NCBI GenBank assembly: GCA_017454945.1
Contig: JAFTCA010000080.1
Location: 9,978 to 73,977 of the forward strand
DNA length: 64,000 bases
Source: Bacteroidales bacterium
Lineage (GTDB): Bacteria; Bacteroidota; Bacteroidia; Bacteroidales; WCHB1-69
Direction: 5' to 3'
Both the position numbers and the translations under genes were made by a program. The notes under the pieces were generated by a model. It was not told the origin of the DNA. It worked only from the letters and a program-made list of their open reading frames with translations, and made no database searches. Positions 9,036 to 18,875 of this stretch are shown here, piece after piece (the first letter of the stretch is position 1; the number at the start of each line of letters is the position of its first letter).

Positions 9036-10538
9036 ATGAAAGACATTACTATGAGCATCAATCCCATCGTGGGATTTTTGAAAAAATCACCTAAGGAGTT
9101 TACCAAAGCCGACATTATCAAGTACATTGAAGAGAAAGAGATCAAGATGGTCAATTTCCGTTATGTTGCCGGTGACGGTCGTTTGAAGATGTTGAACTTT
9201 GTCATTTCTAACAAAGAATATCTTGAACAGATTCTGTCCTGCGGCGAAAGAGTGGACGGCTCTAACATATTCCCTTCCTTTATCCATGCCGGCTCCAGCG
9301 ACCTCTATGTAATTCCCCGCTTCAGCACCGCTTTCATGGATCCTTTCTGCGAAATTCCAACCATTTCGTTCCTCTGCTCCTACTTCAACAAGGACGGACA
9401 ACCGATGGAAAACTCACCCGAATACGTTCTCAAGAAAGCCCACAAGTCTTTTAAAGATGTGACTGGCATGTCGTTCCAAGCCATGGGCGAATTGGAATAC
9501 TACGTTATCGGCGACCGCGAAGACCTCTTCCGCACACCTGACCAGCGTGGTTACCACGAATCATCACCCTTCACCAAGTTCGACCAATTCCGTGCTGAAT
9601 GTATGCTCTACATTGCCCAAGCCGGCGGCTCCATCAAATACGGCCACTCCGAAGTGGGCAACTTCACCTTGGATGACAAGATTTACGAACAGAATGAAAT
9701 CGAATTCCTCGTTACCGACGTGGAAGAGGCTGCCGACCAATTGGTTATCGCCAAATGGATTATCCGCAACCTGGCTTATCAATATAATTTGGATGTAACC
9801 TTCGCACCCAAGATCACTGCTGGCAAGGCTGGTAGCGGCTTGCACATCCACACCCGCATCGTGAAAGACGGTAAGAACCAAATGGTTACCAAAGGCAAAT
9901 TGAACTCGATTGCCAAGACCGCCATTGCCGGCTATATGACCTGCGCCTCTTCACTGACCGCTTTCGGCAACACCAACCCCACTTCCTACTTCCGCCTCGT
10001 ACCTCATCAGGAAGCTCCTACCTCCATCTGCTGGGGCGACCGCAACCGCTCGGTATTGGTACGTGTGCCGCTGGGCTGGACTTCCAAGACCGATATGGTA
10101 GCTACCATCAACCCGCTGGAGAAGAAATCAAATGCCGACTTCTCTCAAAAGCAGACCGTTGAGTTCCGCTGCCCCGACGGTTCCGCAGACCTCTACCTCC
10201 TGCTTGCAGGCCTCGTAGTGGCTGCACGTCACGGTTTTGAAATGGAAGGTGCCCTTGAGTTCGCCAAGAAGACTTACGTCGATGTCAACATCCACAAAGC
10301 TGAAAACAAAGAAAAGATGGAAAGCCTGGCCCAACTGCCCACCTCATGCTGGGAGTCGGCCGACGAGCTGTCGAAACACCGCGAAATCTTTGAGAAACAC
10401 GGCGTTTTCAATGCTGAAATGATCGACGACATCATCAAGCAACTCAAATCCTTTAAGGATAAAGACATCCGCGAAAAAATCGCCAAGAAACCTGAAGTGA
10501 TGATGGACCTCGTGAATGAATATTTCTATTGCGGCTAA
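9036..10538 (+). CDS. glnA: Glutamine synthetase (about 500-aa form)
   Basis: N-terminal beta-grasp region (MVNFRYVAGDGRLKMLNF) plus a catalytic domain with GSGLHIH and EFR motifs. An alternative start lies at Met6 (9051). Confidence 0.85.
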   Translation: MKDITMSINPIVGFLKKSPKEFTKADIIKYIEEKEIKMVNFRYVAGDGRLKMLNFVISNKEYLEQILSCGERVDGSNIFPSFIHAGSSDLYVIPRFSTAFMDPFCEIPTISFLCSYFNKDGQPMENSPEYVLKKAHKSFKDVTGMSFQAMGELEYYVIGDREDLFRTPDQRGYHESSPFTKFDQFRAECMLYIAQAGGSIKYGHSEVGNFTLDDKIYEQNEIEFLVTDVEEAADQLVIAKWIIRNLAYQYNLDVTFAPKITAGKAGSGLHIHTRIVKDGKNQMVTKGKLNSIAKTAIAGYMTCASSLTAFGNTNPTSYFRLVPHQEAPTSICWGDRNRSVLVRVPLGWTSKTDMVATINPLEKKSNADFSQKQTVEFRCPDGSADLYLLLAGLVVAARHGFEMEGALEFAKKTYVDVNIHKAENKEKMESLAQLPTSCWESADELSKHREIFEKHGVFNAEMIDDIIKQLKSFKDKDIREKIAKKPEVMMDLVNEYFYCG

Positions 10539-10560
10539 TCATTTTATAACATTAACATAA

Positions 10561-11076
10561 ATGGATATTTTACTTGAAATTCTGAAGATAACCATACCTT
10601 CCTTAATCGTTTTCCTGACCGCCTTCTTTTCGATAAAATACTTTATCGAGAACGACCAGAAAAAACGATTGCTGGAATTGAAACACGCCTCCCGCTCAGT
10701 CATCACGCCCATCCGACTGCAAGCGTACGAGCGGATGGCCATGTTCTTGGAGAGAATCGAGCCTTCGCAATTGGTATTGCGCCTCAACAACCCTCAACTA
10801 ACTGTATTTCAGTTTCAAACATTACTGATTTCATCTATCCGAGGCGAGTTTGAGCACAACCTTTCGCAGCAGGTGTACATCTCCAGCGAAGTATGGGACA
10901 AAATCAAAATGGCTAAAGAAGAGATGATTAAAATCATCAACATCGCCGCAGGTAAATTAGACAGCGAAGCTCCTGCCACGGCCCTGGGTTCAGCCATTTT
11001 TGAACAGACTGCCGCCGTTTCTCCCATCCAGGGAGCAATGGAAGCGCTGAAAGAAGAGCTGAGAATGATTATGTAA
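10561..11076 (+). CDS. Hypothetical membrane-anchored protein
   Basis: 171 aa with a single N-terminal TM helix (ITIPSLIVFLTAFFSI). The rest is helical. No family recognised. Confidence 0.5.
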   Translation: MDILLEILKITIPSLIVFLTAFFSIKYFIENDQKKRLLELKHASRSVITPIRLQAYERMAMFLERIEPSQLVLRLNNPQLTVFQFQTLLISSIRGEFEHNLSQQVYISSEVWDKIKMAKEEMIKIINIAAGKLDSEAPATALGSAIFEQTAAVSPIQGAMEALKEELRMIM

Positions 11077-11102
11077 ATCGTTCAGCCCATCTCTATAACA
11101 AC

Positions 11103-11140
11103 ATATCGCAATACCTTCGTGGTATTGCGATATTTCTTAT
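11103..11140 (+). terminator. Rho-independent terminator after 10561..11076
   Basis: Perfect 13-bp stem ATATCGCAATACC/GGTATTGCGATAT with loop TTCGT, followed by TTTCTTAT. It lies inside the track's 11119 ORF extension, which argues for the later start 11149. Confidence 0.7.
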
Positions 11141-11148
11141 CCTTAAAG

Positions 11149-12381
11149 ATGAAACCGAAAAAGAGTACTGCCACTTCAAGTCGTCCCACCTTGTTCGTTG
11201 CCATTCCAGCCATGAACGAGATGGCATATCTTCCGGCCACCATCAAGGCTATAGAGCAGCAACAAACGCAATACGACTTTCAAGTCTATATTTGTGTAAA
11301 TCAACCTGATGCATGGTGGAGCGATGAAGCAAAGAAAGATATTTGTCTCAACAATCAGGAAACCCTGCTCTGGCTCCGTAATCTCCAGAATCCCCGCATC
11401 CATCTTATCGACCACAGCTCACAAGGGTGCGGCTGGGACAACAAAAACTACGGCGTCGGCTACGCACGCAAAGTGCTGTTTGACACTATCCGCCAGCAAG
11501 CCAAACCCAACGATCTCATTATCAGCCTAGATGCCGACACCGTATTCGACAAAAACTATTTCCAGTCGGTCGGGGATACGATGCACCAACATCCCAACTG
11601 GGTGGCACTGTCGCTCCCCTATTACCATCCGCTGACAGGTCGCGAGGATGTTGACCGCGCCATACTGCGCTACGAGCTCTACTTGCGCAACTACTTCATC
11701 AACCTGTCACTCATCGGCAGTCCTTACACATTTACCGCCATCGGCTCCGCTATCATCTTGCGTGTCAATGCATTGAATAAGATTGGCGGTATCACGCCCG
11801 TAAAGAGTGGCGAAGATTTCTACCTGCTTCAAAAATTGCGTAAGATGGGTATCGTGGGTAACTGGAACCCCGTAATCGTACAGCCTGCATCACGTTTTTC
11901 GTCGCGCGTGTTCTTCGGCACGGGCCCCGCTATGATCAAGGGCAATGCTGGCGACTGGAGCAGCTATCCCATTTACCATTGCTTTCTGTTTCAAGAAATT
12001 GAAGATTCCTACAAACTGATAGAAACGCTGTTCACACAAAACATCGAAACACCTTTCTTGCAGTTCTTGGAACAGCAATTTAAGGATAGTGACCTTTGGG
12101 GACCGCTGCGGAAAAACTACAATACCCTGCCGCAATTCACCAAGGCTTTCCACCAAAAAGCCGACGGGCTCCGGCTGTTACAATACCTCAAACAAGAACA
12201 GAGTCGCCGACAACTCGACGATATTGACTCGCTGAAGGCCAATTGGAGCTTTTTCCAATTACCTCTACCCGACTTTTTGAGCCGAGCCCAAACGCTGGAG
12301 GATTTCTCCACCAAAGAGCTTTCAATCTTGCGAGACTCATTGTACGACTTGGAAACCCATCTGCGACAAAAAGAGGCATAG
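11149..12381 (+). CDS. Family-2-like glycosyltransferase
   Basis: N-terminal FVAIPAMNE and a DxD motif (SLDADTVFD), typical of the GT-A fold. Start moved to ATG 11149, downstream of the terminator hairpin. Confidence 0.65.
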   Translation: MKPKKSTATSSRPTLFVAIPAMNEMAYLPATIKAIEQQQTQYDFQVYICVNQPDAWWSDEAKKDICLNNQETLLWLRNLQNPRIHLIDHSSQGCGWDNKNYGVGYARKVLFDTIRQQAKPNDLIISLDADTVFDKNYFQSVGDTMHQHPNWVALSLPYYHPLTGREDVDRAILRYELYLRNYFINLSLIGSPYTFTAIGSAIILRVNALNKIGGITPVKSGEDFYLLQKLRKMGIVGNWNPVIVQPASRFSSRVFFGTGPAMIKGNAGDWSSYPIYHCFLFQEIEDSYKLIETLFTQNIETPFLQFLEQQFKDSDLWGPLRKNYNTLPQFTKAFHQKADGLRLLQYLKQEQSRRQLDDIDSLKANWSFFQLPLPDFLSRAQTLEDFSTKELSILRDSLYDLETHLRQKEA

Positions 12382-12594
12382 TAGCGCACTCCCAACTGCA
12401 AAATTCTTCCAAAAAGCATCTACTTGCTGCCATTTTTATTTCGGACAGAATGAACTTTTGTACCGCTAAAGTGCTTTTAACCTTCAAAACCGCACTTTTG
12501 GCCTTCCAAATTTGCCGTTTTTCCGACAATAGAAAGTGTCGTTTTTTATTGACTAATTGCACTTTAGCTCTTATCTTTACCTCAAAAAAAAAAC

Positions 12595-13635
12595 ATGAAC
12601 AAAATCCTTGTTAGAATCCTCATGATTGTCGTGTTGCAGGGTTTCGTCACCGCACATGCCCAGCGCGACAGTCTGCGGTTCCAAATTGCCTTCTACAACA
12701 CCGAGAACCTCTTCGACCCGCAAGACGACAGCACCAAAAACGATGATGCCTTCACGCCCGAAGGGATGAACCACTGGAGCTATGCACGCCTCAGACGTAA
12801 AATCAACAACATAGCCAAAGTGTTTGTCGCCATGGGCGAACCCGAGCCGCCCGACATCATCGGGCTGGCTGAGATTGAGAACGACTACGTCTTGCGACAA
12901 TTGTGCTACCACTCCCCGCTGGAGCGCTTCGGCTACAGCATTATCCATTATGACTCGCCCGACGCTCGCGGCATCGACGTGGCCCTTTTATACCGAAAAG
13001 AGCACGTACATATATTATATAGTAAAGCCATCCCCATCGTGTTCCCTTTTGAGCCCAAATCACGCAACCGTGACATCCTCCACTGTCGGGCGCTGTTGGG
13101 CATCTGCGACACAGTACATCTTTTTGTCAACCATTGGACTTCGCGCTACAGTGGCTATGCGGCCACTATTCCCAAACGCAACTATTATGCACAAGTGCTT
13201 CGCCACCATACCGATTCTATCCTTCAAGCCAATCCCAACGCCGCCATCGTCATTATGGGCGATTTCAACGACTACCCCACAGATGAAAGTCTCCGCCACA
13301 TCCTGGCAGCACGGAGCCCGAAAGAATGCGAAAGTCCCTCGCGCCTTATCAATTTGATGATGGAGTTCAACAACCTGCAGAATCAGGGCACTCACAAGCA
13401 CGAGGATTTCTGGGGCTGTCTTGACCAGCTAATTGTGTCAGAATCTCTCATGGACCAACAGCAACGATGCCATATTGAAGAAAAGAGAGCCGTAATATTC
13501 AAGGCCGACTTTATGGTCGTACCCGACGAAAAGTACGGAGGCGAGAAAGTGTTCAGGACGTTTTTTGGGCCAAGGTATATTGGGGGCTATGCCGACCATC
13601 TTCCCGTGTTTCTATGGCTGCGCTGTCAGGAATAA
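12595..13635 (+). CDS. Secreted endonuclease/exonuclease/phosphatase (EEP) family protein
   Basis: Signal peptide. YNTENLFD, GLAEIEN, GDFND and a C-terminal ADHLPV resemble the EEP catalytic motifs. Confidence 0.75.
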   Translation: MNKILVRILMIVVLQGFVTAHAQRDSLRFQIAFYNTENLFDPQDDSTKNDDAFTPEGMNHWSYARLRRKINNIAKVFVAMGEPEPPDIIGLAEIENDYVLRQLCYHSPLERFGYSIIHYDSPDARGIDVALLYRKEHVHILYSKAIPIVFPFEPKSRNRDILHCRALLGICDTVHLFVNHWTSRYSGYAATIPKRNYYAQVLRHHTDSILQANPNAAIVIMGDFNDYPTDESLRHILAARSPKECESPSRLINLMMEFNNLQNQGTHKHEDFWGCLDQLIVSESLMDQQQRCHIEEKRAVIFKADFMVVPDEKYGGEKVFRTFFGPRYIGGYADHLPVFLWLRCQE

Positions 13636-13670
13636 AAAAAAGCGGGCGAAACTTTCGTTTCGCCCGCCCA
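13634..13670 (-). terminator. Rho-independent terminator (T-run on minus strand), shared by convergent genes
   Basis: AAAAAAAA-GCGGGCGAAAC-tttc-GTTTCGCCCGC, an 11-bp GC-rich stem. The A-run reads as a U-run for the minus-strand gene. Confidence 0.8.
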
Positions 13671-13688
13671 ACAATATAACTTAATTGA

Positions 13689-16079
13689 TTAGAAGTTCGT
13701 CAGCATTACCTTGTAAGAAGCGGAAGCGTTGTCGTTGCCAATCAGTCTTACAACGTAGTTACCTACTGCCAGTGACAGTTGGATTTCGGTACGAGTGCTG
13801 TTGAGAGCACCGCCAGCGTAAACCACACGACCTTGAGCGTCGAAGATTTCAACATTCTTAACAGCGATGTTCTGTTCGTTTACGATATAAACTCTGTCGT
13901 TATGAGCGTAAACCTTTACAGAAGCTATATCAAGAGAGTTGATACCTGAAGGATCAGGAGTATCGCCACCTTGTTTCTCCAGAGTGGTGAAAGTCTCTTC
14001 TGATGACATATCACTTGCAATCAAAGTGTCGCCGAGGTCGCAATAACCTTTAACAGCCCAAGTGTAAGTGGTCTTTTCGGTCAGACCGGTCAGTTCGTAA
14101 GTCAGTTCGGTTACGCCTTCTACAACGGTGTAATCAGAATCGCCTTCTGCCATGTACATTACATCGTATTTGTCTGAGAAACCTTTCCAAGTCAAGGTAG
14201 CAGAAGAATCGGTGATGTTCTTTGCAATCAAGCTCAGAGGTTTGTCGCAAGGCTCAGCCAAGAAAGCAACTTCAATGGTGTGGTCAGCGGCAATGTTCTT
14301 GAATTCGTAAGAATCTTTAGCACCAGCTTTCACGCCATCAATCATAACGTAGTCGATATAGAAGCCGGGGTTAGCCTTCATGGTGTAAACTTGGTTAGCA
14401 CCGTAAGCAACGGTAGTTTCACCTTCGGGATCGATAGTACCACCTTCACCAGCCGTTGCGGTGATTACGAATGAATCGATAGCGAACTCAACTGCAATCG
14501 TATGAGCTTCGGTAACGTTTTCGAATACGTAGGGCAATACAACGGTTTCCATATCCACGTCGGCGTCGTCAACCTTGATGCCTTTTACACTGTAACCCTT
14601 GTCGGGAGTGATAGTGAAGCTTTGGTTATCACCATGTTTAACAACAACAGTGCCTTCGGGAGTGATTTTACCACCTTCGCCAGCCGTAGCGACGATTTCA
14701 TAAGTGATGGCGGTAAAGGTTGCCGAAATGGTGTGGTTAGCAACAACTTTTTCGAAGGTGTAGGTCGAAGCGGTATCAACTTCCTCACCGTCGATCTTCA
14801 AAGTAGCTATCTGATAGCCTTCATCGGGGGTGATGGTGAAGGTCTGGTCATCGTTGTAGTTAACAACAACGGTTCCAGCGGGGTCGATAGTACCGTGAGC
14901 ACCAACAGTTGCTACAATATTATAAGTAATCTGTTTGAAGGTTGCAGCGATGGTGTGGTTTTCTTTAATGTTGCTGAAAGTGTAGCTTTCAACAGCACCA
15001 ACAGAGCTACCGTCAACAGTTACATCTTCGATAGCAAAACCTTCATCGGGGGTAATGGTGTAAACAGGAGATTCACCATATTTGTATGTGCTGTCGCCTT
15101 CAGGAGTGATAGTACCGTTTTCGGGTTTTTCAGCAGTTACTACGTATGATGCTTGTGCGAACATAACATCAATAGTGTGGTTGGCAACAATGTTCTCGAA
15201 AGTATATTCGTAGGTGGTCATGTTGTCATCCTGAGTGTATTCAGTTTCGGTAGTGTCGATGGTAACTTTTTCGATATAATAACCAACATTAGCCTTGGCT
15301 GTGTAGGTCTTGCTTGTACCATAATCAACCGTAACAGTACCATTGGGTGAAAGGGTACCGTTGGCATTAGCAGTAGCGGTGATGGTATATTTGCTGGAAG
15401 CAAACAAAACCGAAATGGTGCTGTCGCCTAATACATTCTCGAAAGTGTAGGTGAATTCGGTTTCGCGTACAGAATCGGGAAGTTCAATCGGCTTGTTGTT
15501 GATCAACACCTCGCTAATCATATATCCTTCATCAGGAGTGATGGTGTAAGGATAGGTGGCAGCAGAATCATAAGTAACTTCGGTTACACCTTCGTTGGTG
15601 ATAGTACCGTTACCAATCTTGCTGGCAGTAATGGTGTATTGATCAATGGCAAACTCAACGGTGATGTTTTGGTCTTCCTTGATATTTTCGAATTGATAAT
15701 ACTGGATTTTGCGCAATTCGGTGCCGTTAACGGTGACATTCTCGATGTGCCAACCTTCTACAGGTTGAATCACAAACAAAGTATCGGAATTATAGTCAAC
15801 TTTGATGAAGTTGTCGTAATCCCTGCTGTCAACTTCTCCAAGACCTTTGATAACCGTGTTAATCATCAAATGATCTTCTGAGTGTGATTGTTGAACACCT
15901 TCATTTACATTTTTGTCAGCTCCGGAGACAAACTGGTAAGCCACCTGGCCAACGGTAAAACTCATTTTACCTGTCGCACCTGTTGCTTCGCCGCCGCCCG
16001 CTACAGAAGCGTTTTGCGCTTGCGTCATGACAGAAAAGCCTATCATCAAAGCGAACATTGAAAATAAAAGTTTTTTCAT
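13689..16079 (-). CDS. T9SS-secreted surface protein: seven InlB-B-repeat-like domains + FN3 + C-terminal sorting domain
   Basis: Signal peptide, then seven ~74-83-aa repeats (consensus YTItAtaG.GGTI.PeGt..V.yG.nqtfTItPdeGY.i..v.vDG..v....tYtFenV...HTI.a.F). These are followed by an FN3-like module (LTWKGFSDKYDVMY...YTWAVKGYC) and a beta-rich ~80-aa C-terminus typical of T9SS CTDs. Confidence 0.8.
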   Translation of the reverse strand: MKKLLFSMFALMIGFSVMTQAQNASVAGGGEATGATGKMSFTVGQVAYQFVSGADKNVNEGVQQSHSEDHLMINTVIKGLGEVDSRDYDNFIKVDYNSDTLFVIQPVEGWHIENVTVNGTELRKIQYYQFENIKEDQNITVEFAIDQYTITASKIGNGTITNEGVTEVTYDSAATYPYTITPDEGYMISEVLINNKPIELPDSVRETEFTYTFENVLGDSTISVLFASSKYTITATANANGTLSPNGTVTVDYGTSKTYTAKANVGYYIEKVTIDTTETEYTQDDNMTTYEYTFENIVANHTIDVMFAQASYVVTAEKPENGTITPEGDSTYKYGESPVYTITPDEGFAIEDVTVDGSSVGAVESYTFSNIKENHTIAATFKQITYNIVATVGAHGTIDPAGTVVVNYNDDQTFTITPDEGYQIATLKIDGEEVDTASTYTFEKVVANHTISATFTAITYEIVATAGEGGKITPEGTVVVKHGDNQSFTITPDKGYSVKGIKVDDADVDMETVVLPYVFENVTEAHTIAVEFAIDSFVITATAGEGGTIDPEGETTVAYGANQVYTMKANPGFYIDYVMIDGVKAGAKDSYEFKNIAADHTIEVAFLAEPCDKPLSLIAKNITDSSATLTWKGFSDKYDVMYMAEGDSDYTVVEGVTELTYELTGLTEKTTYTWAVKGYCDLGDTLIASDMSSEETFTTLEKQGGDTPDPSGINSLDIASVKVYAHNDRVYIVNEQNIAVKNVEIFDAQGRVVYAGGALNSTRTEIQLSLAVGNYVVRLIGNDNASASYKVMLTNF
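14253..15869 (-). repeat. Coding tandem repeats (7 x about 225-250 nt) inside the surface protein
   Basis: Repeat boundaries counted at aa 71-146, 147-229, 230-310, 311-384, 385-458, 459-535 and 536-609 of the 796-aa product. Confidence 0.8.
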
Positions 16080-16139
16080 AACGAACTTGTTTTAAGTTAA
16101 TATTATTGATTTGATTTTATTCTATGTTTTCAATCTTGC

Positions 16140-16147
16140 AAAAATAC
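16140..16147 (-). promoter_or_regulatory. -7 box (TAttTTTG on minus strand) for the T9SS repeat protein
   Basis: The reverse complement of CAAAAATA is TATTTTTG, 61 nt upstream of ATG 16079. Confidence 0.45.
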
Positions 16148-16265
16148 AAAAAAAACAATACATTGTAACTATATCGCTAAAAAAAATAATTTTTTAGTCC
16201 AATTTTTTTGTGAAAAGAAAAAGAGGGATTGCAGAAAGGCTACAAAAAATCGCATAACTATCTGT

Positions 16266-18716
16266 CTATCGCAATTCTACGACCGTTATGCCATCACCGC
16301 CCATTTCCAGCGTCTCATCGTAAAATTGGGCTACTTCGGGGCGATTTTTCAAGAATTGTCTAATCATTTTGCGCAAAATACCAGTACCTTTTCCGTGCAA
16401 AATTTTAACTTGGCGCACATTTAGCAGTACTGCTTCGTCGATATAGGGCTCCAACATGGCCAGTGCTTCGTCGGTACGCATGCCCCTCACATCAACAGAC
16501 GACTTGAAATGGGCGATCTTCTTGTTCAGCGTTTCCGATAGCGAAGAACCGTCCAAGCGAGTGCGGCCCGACTGCACAGCCTTGGCCTCTTTCTTACTGA
16601 TGCGCTCCACCTTATCTGTGGTGGTTTTCAGCGAGATAGAGTTGAACGAAACGACCACATCCTCGCCTTGCACCGACAACACCTCACCGGCAGCACCGAC
16701 ACTCAAAATGAGCACGGCATCTCCTGCCTTGAGCGGCCTATCTACCAGCGGTTGCGGCTCGGCCACTTTCTTTTTGCGCGGCACCATCGACTTGGGCAGC
16801 GACAGCGGAGAATTTTCTTCAACTTTGCTGTGTAACGAAGCCTTCATGTCGGCCACCTCCTTCCTTACCTGCTTGGTCTTTTCGGCATCGGCTTTCGACT
16901 CCTTGATTTCGCGGATAGTCTTCTCTATCATCTTGTTAGCACCATCCAGAATGGCTGTCGCCTGGTTCTTGGCAGTTTGGATAATCTCTTTGCGATATTT
17001 CTCCAACTCATGGTACTTGTCGCTATACTCCTGTATCAATGTCGCTAACTGATCGTCGGCGGCTTGTGCCATTTTCAAAGTCTTGTCTATCTGCAACTTC
17101 TCCATTTCAACCTCTTCCAACTTTCGCTCATAGTCGATTTGCGCCGTGCCCGACTTCTCAATGGCCGACTGGATAATCTCCTCGGGCAGACCGATATGCC
17201 GTGCAATTTCGTAAGTGAAAGAGCTGCCAGGCTTGCCCATTTTCAACATAAATAGAGGCTTAAGATTCTGTGTGTCAAAGAGCATCGCTCCGTTGAACGC
17301 TTCCGGGAATCTGTCGGGGAAGAGCTTCAAATTGCCGTAATGCGTGGTGATGATGCCAAACGACTTTTTATGATACAGCGCCTCCAAAATGGCTTCGGCC
17401 ATAGCCCCACCCAGATTGGGCTCTGTACCTGATCCGAACTCGTCAATCAGGAAGAGTGAACGCGGTCCTAAACATTCAACCATCGTCTTCAAGTTGGTCA
17501 AATGGGAACTGTATGTACTCAAATCGTTGTCTATCGACTGCTCATCGCCCATATCGATGAAAAAATCCTCAAAGATGCCCATCTCCGAAGTGTCTTTCAT
17601 CGTCACCAAAAAGCCACACTGAAGCATATATTGCAGCAGGCCGACCGTCTTTAGGCACACCGACTTACCACCGGCATTCGGGCCCGAAATGATTAGAATG
17701 CGCTGCGTTTGATTTAACTCAATATCAAGCGGTTGAACCTTCTTTCCTGCAGTCTTGAAGTTGAGATACAACAGAGGATGCATGGCATTTTGCCAATGAA
17801 TATGGCCCTCGGATGAAATATGGGGTTTGAGCGCTTTCAGTTCGATGGCCAAACGCGCCTTTGCCCTGATAAAATCGAGCATGCCCACAAATTCGTGATA
17901 GAATAGCAAGTTGGGAATTGACGGCCTGATTTTATCCGAAATGGCGGTCATGATGCGGATAATCTCGCGCTTTTCAGCATTCTGCAAATCGCGCAGTTCG
18001 TTGTTGGCATCGAACACTTCGGCCGGCTCAATGAAGACGGTTTGGCCCGTCGCCGACTCATCGTGGATAAAACCCTTGATACGACGCTTGAAAGGTGCCG
18101 GCACAGGGATGCATAAACGGCCGTTACGGATGGTCATCTCGGCATCCTCCTTCACCAAGCTATCCTGCTTGGCAACCGTCAGCAGCTTGTGAATTTTCCT
18201 GTCGGCCTCACCCGAAATTTTGATAATCTCACGACGGATACGACGCAACTCCTCCGATGCATCGTCACGCAAATTGCCCTTGGCGTCTATCAGTCGGTTG
18301 ACACTCTCTTGTAACTCCTTCTCCAACAATATATTCTGACATATCTCCCACAACGCAGGATATTTGTTTTCCTCTTCGTGACGAATACGGAAATAGACAA
18401 AAGTATGGATGACCGAAGCGATGAAATCCCGCAGTCGCGCCAACTCCTCCACCTCGACAAAAGTGCCTTCCACATGAAGATGGGCGAGCGTGGCGCGCAA
18501 ATCGTCATACTCTTGAATAGGAAAGGCGTCATCATAAAGCAGCACGGACAAAAACTCATCGGTTTCCTGAATTTTTCGCTGAACCTCATCATAATCGGTT
18601 GAATAACAGATGTCATCCACCAAACTTTTAGCCATCACGCTGCTGCAATACTCCTTTGTCAGCGTGCGGACAACATCAAAACCGATTTTCTCTTCAAACG
18701 AGGCGGGATAAATCAT
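16266..18716 (-). CDS. mutS2: Endonuclease MutS2 (MutS-family ATPase with C-terminal Smr domain)
   Basis: Walker A GPNAGGKS, MutS domain V, a long coiled coil, and a C-terminal Smr domain (DVRGMRTDEAL...ILHGKGTGILR). Confidence 0.9.
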   Translation of the reverse strand: MIYPASFEEKIGFDVVRTLTKEYCSSVMAKSLVDDICYSTDYDEVQRKIQETDEFLSVLLYDDAFPIQEYDDLRATLAHLHVEGTFVEVEELARLRDFIASVIHTFVYFRIRHEEENKYPALWEICQNILLEKELQESVNRLIDAKGNLRDDASEELRRIRREIIKISGEADRKIHKLLTVAKQDSLVKEDAEMTIRNGRLCIPVPAPFKRRIKGFIHDESATGQTVFIEPAEVFDANNELRDLQNAEKREIIRIMTAISDKIRPSIPNLLFYHEFVGMLDFIRAKARLAIELKALKPHISSEGHIHWQNAMHPLLYLNFKTAGKKVQPLDIELNQTQRILIISGPNAGGKSVCLKTVGLLQYMLQCGFLVTMKDTSEMGIFEDFFIDMGDEQSIDNDLSTYSSHLTNLKTMVECLGPRSLFLIDEFGSGTEPNLGGAMAEAILEALYHKKSFGIITTHYGNLKLFPDRFPEAFNGAMLFDTQNLKPLFMLKMGKPGSSFTYEIARHIGLPEEIIQSAIEKSGTAQIDYERKLEEVEMEKLQIDKTLKMAQAADDQLATLIQEYSDKYHELEKYRKEIIQTAKNQATAILDGANKMIEKTIREIKESKADAEKTKQVRKEVADMKASLHSKVEENSPLSLPKSMVPRKKKVAEPQPLVDRPLKAGDAVLILSVGAAGEVLSVQGEDVVVSFNSISLKTTTDKVERISKKEAKAVQSGRTRLDGSSLSETLNKKIAHFKSSVDVRGMRTDEALAMLEPYIDEAVLLNVRQVKILHGKGTGILRKMIRQFLKNRPEVAQFYDETLEMGGDGITVVELR

Positions 18717-18757
18717 GGTTCAACCTTAAGTTTTTAAGCCATACTTAATTTGGACTG

Positions 18758-18765
18758 CAAAAATA
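18758..18765 (-). promoter_or_regulatory. -7 box (TAttTTTG on minus strand) for mutS2
   Basis: The reverse complement of CAAAAATA lies 42 nt upstream of ATG 18716. Confidence 0.45.
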
Positions 18766-18847
18766 CAAAAAATCAGGCCCGATGCCTTGCCAAAACAAAG
18801 TGTGACAAAACCGCAGAATTTCTTTTCCACCCTATCAAGTTTTTGTT

Positions 18848-18855
18848 TATTTTTG
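18848..18855 (+). promoter_or_regulatory. -7 box (TAttTTTG) for the AddB-like gene
   Basis: TATTTTTG lies 21 nt upstream of ATG 18876 and inside the track's longer 18750 ORF, which argues for the 18876 start. Confidence 0.45.
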
Positions 18856-18875
18856 ACCTTTTCAAATTCATAACC

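Noticed and set aside
12243-12614. 123-aa ORF bridging the GT 3' end and the EEP start
   Set aside because: It overlaps the GT coding frame, the spacer hairpins and T-runs, and the EEP start. No motifs were found.
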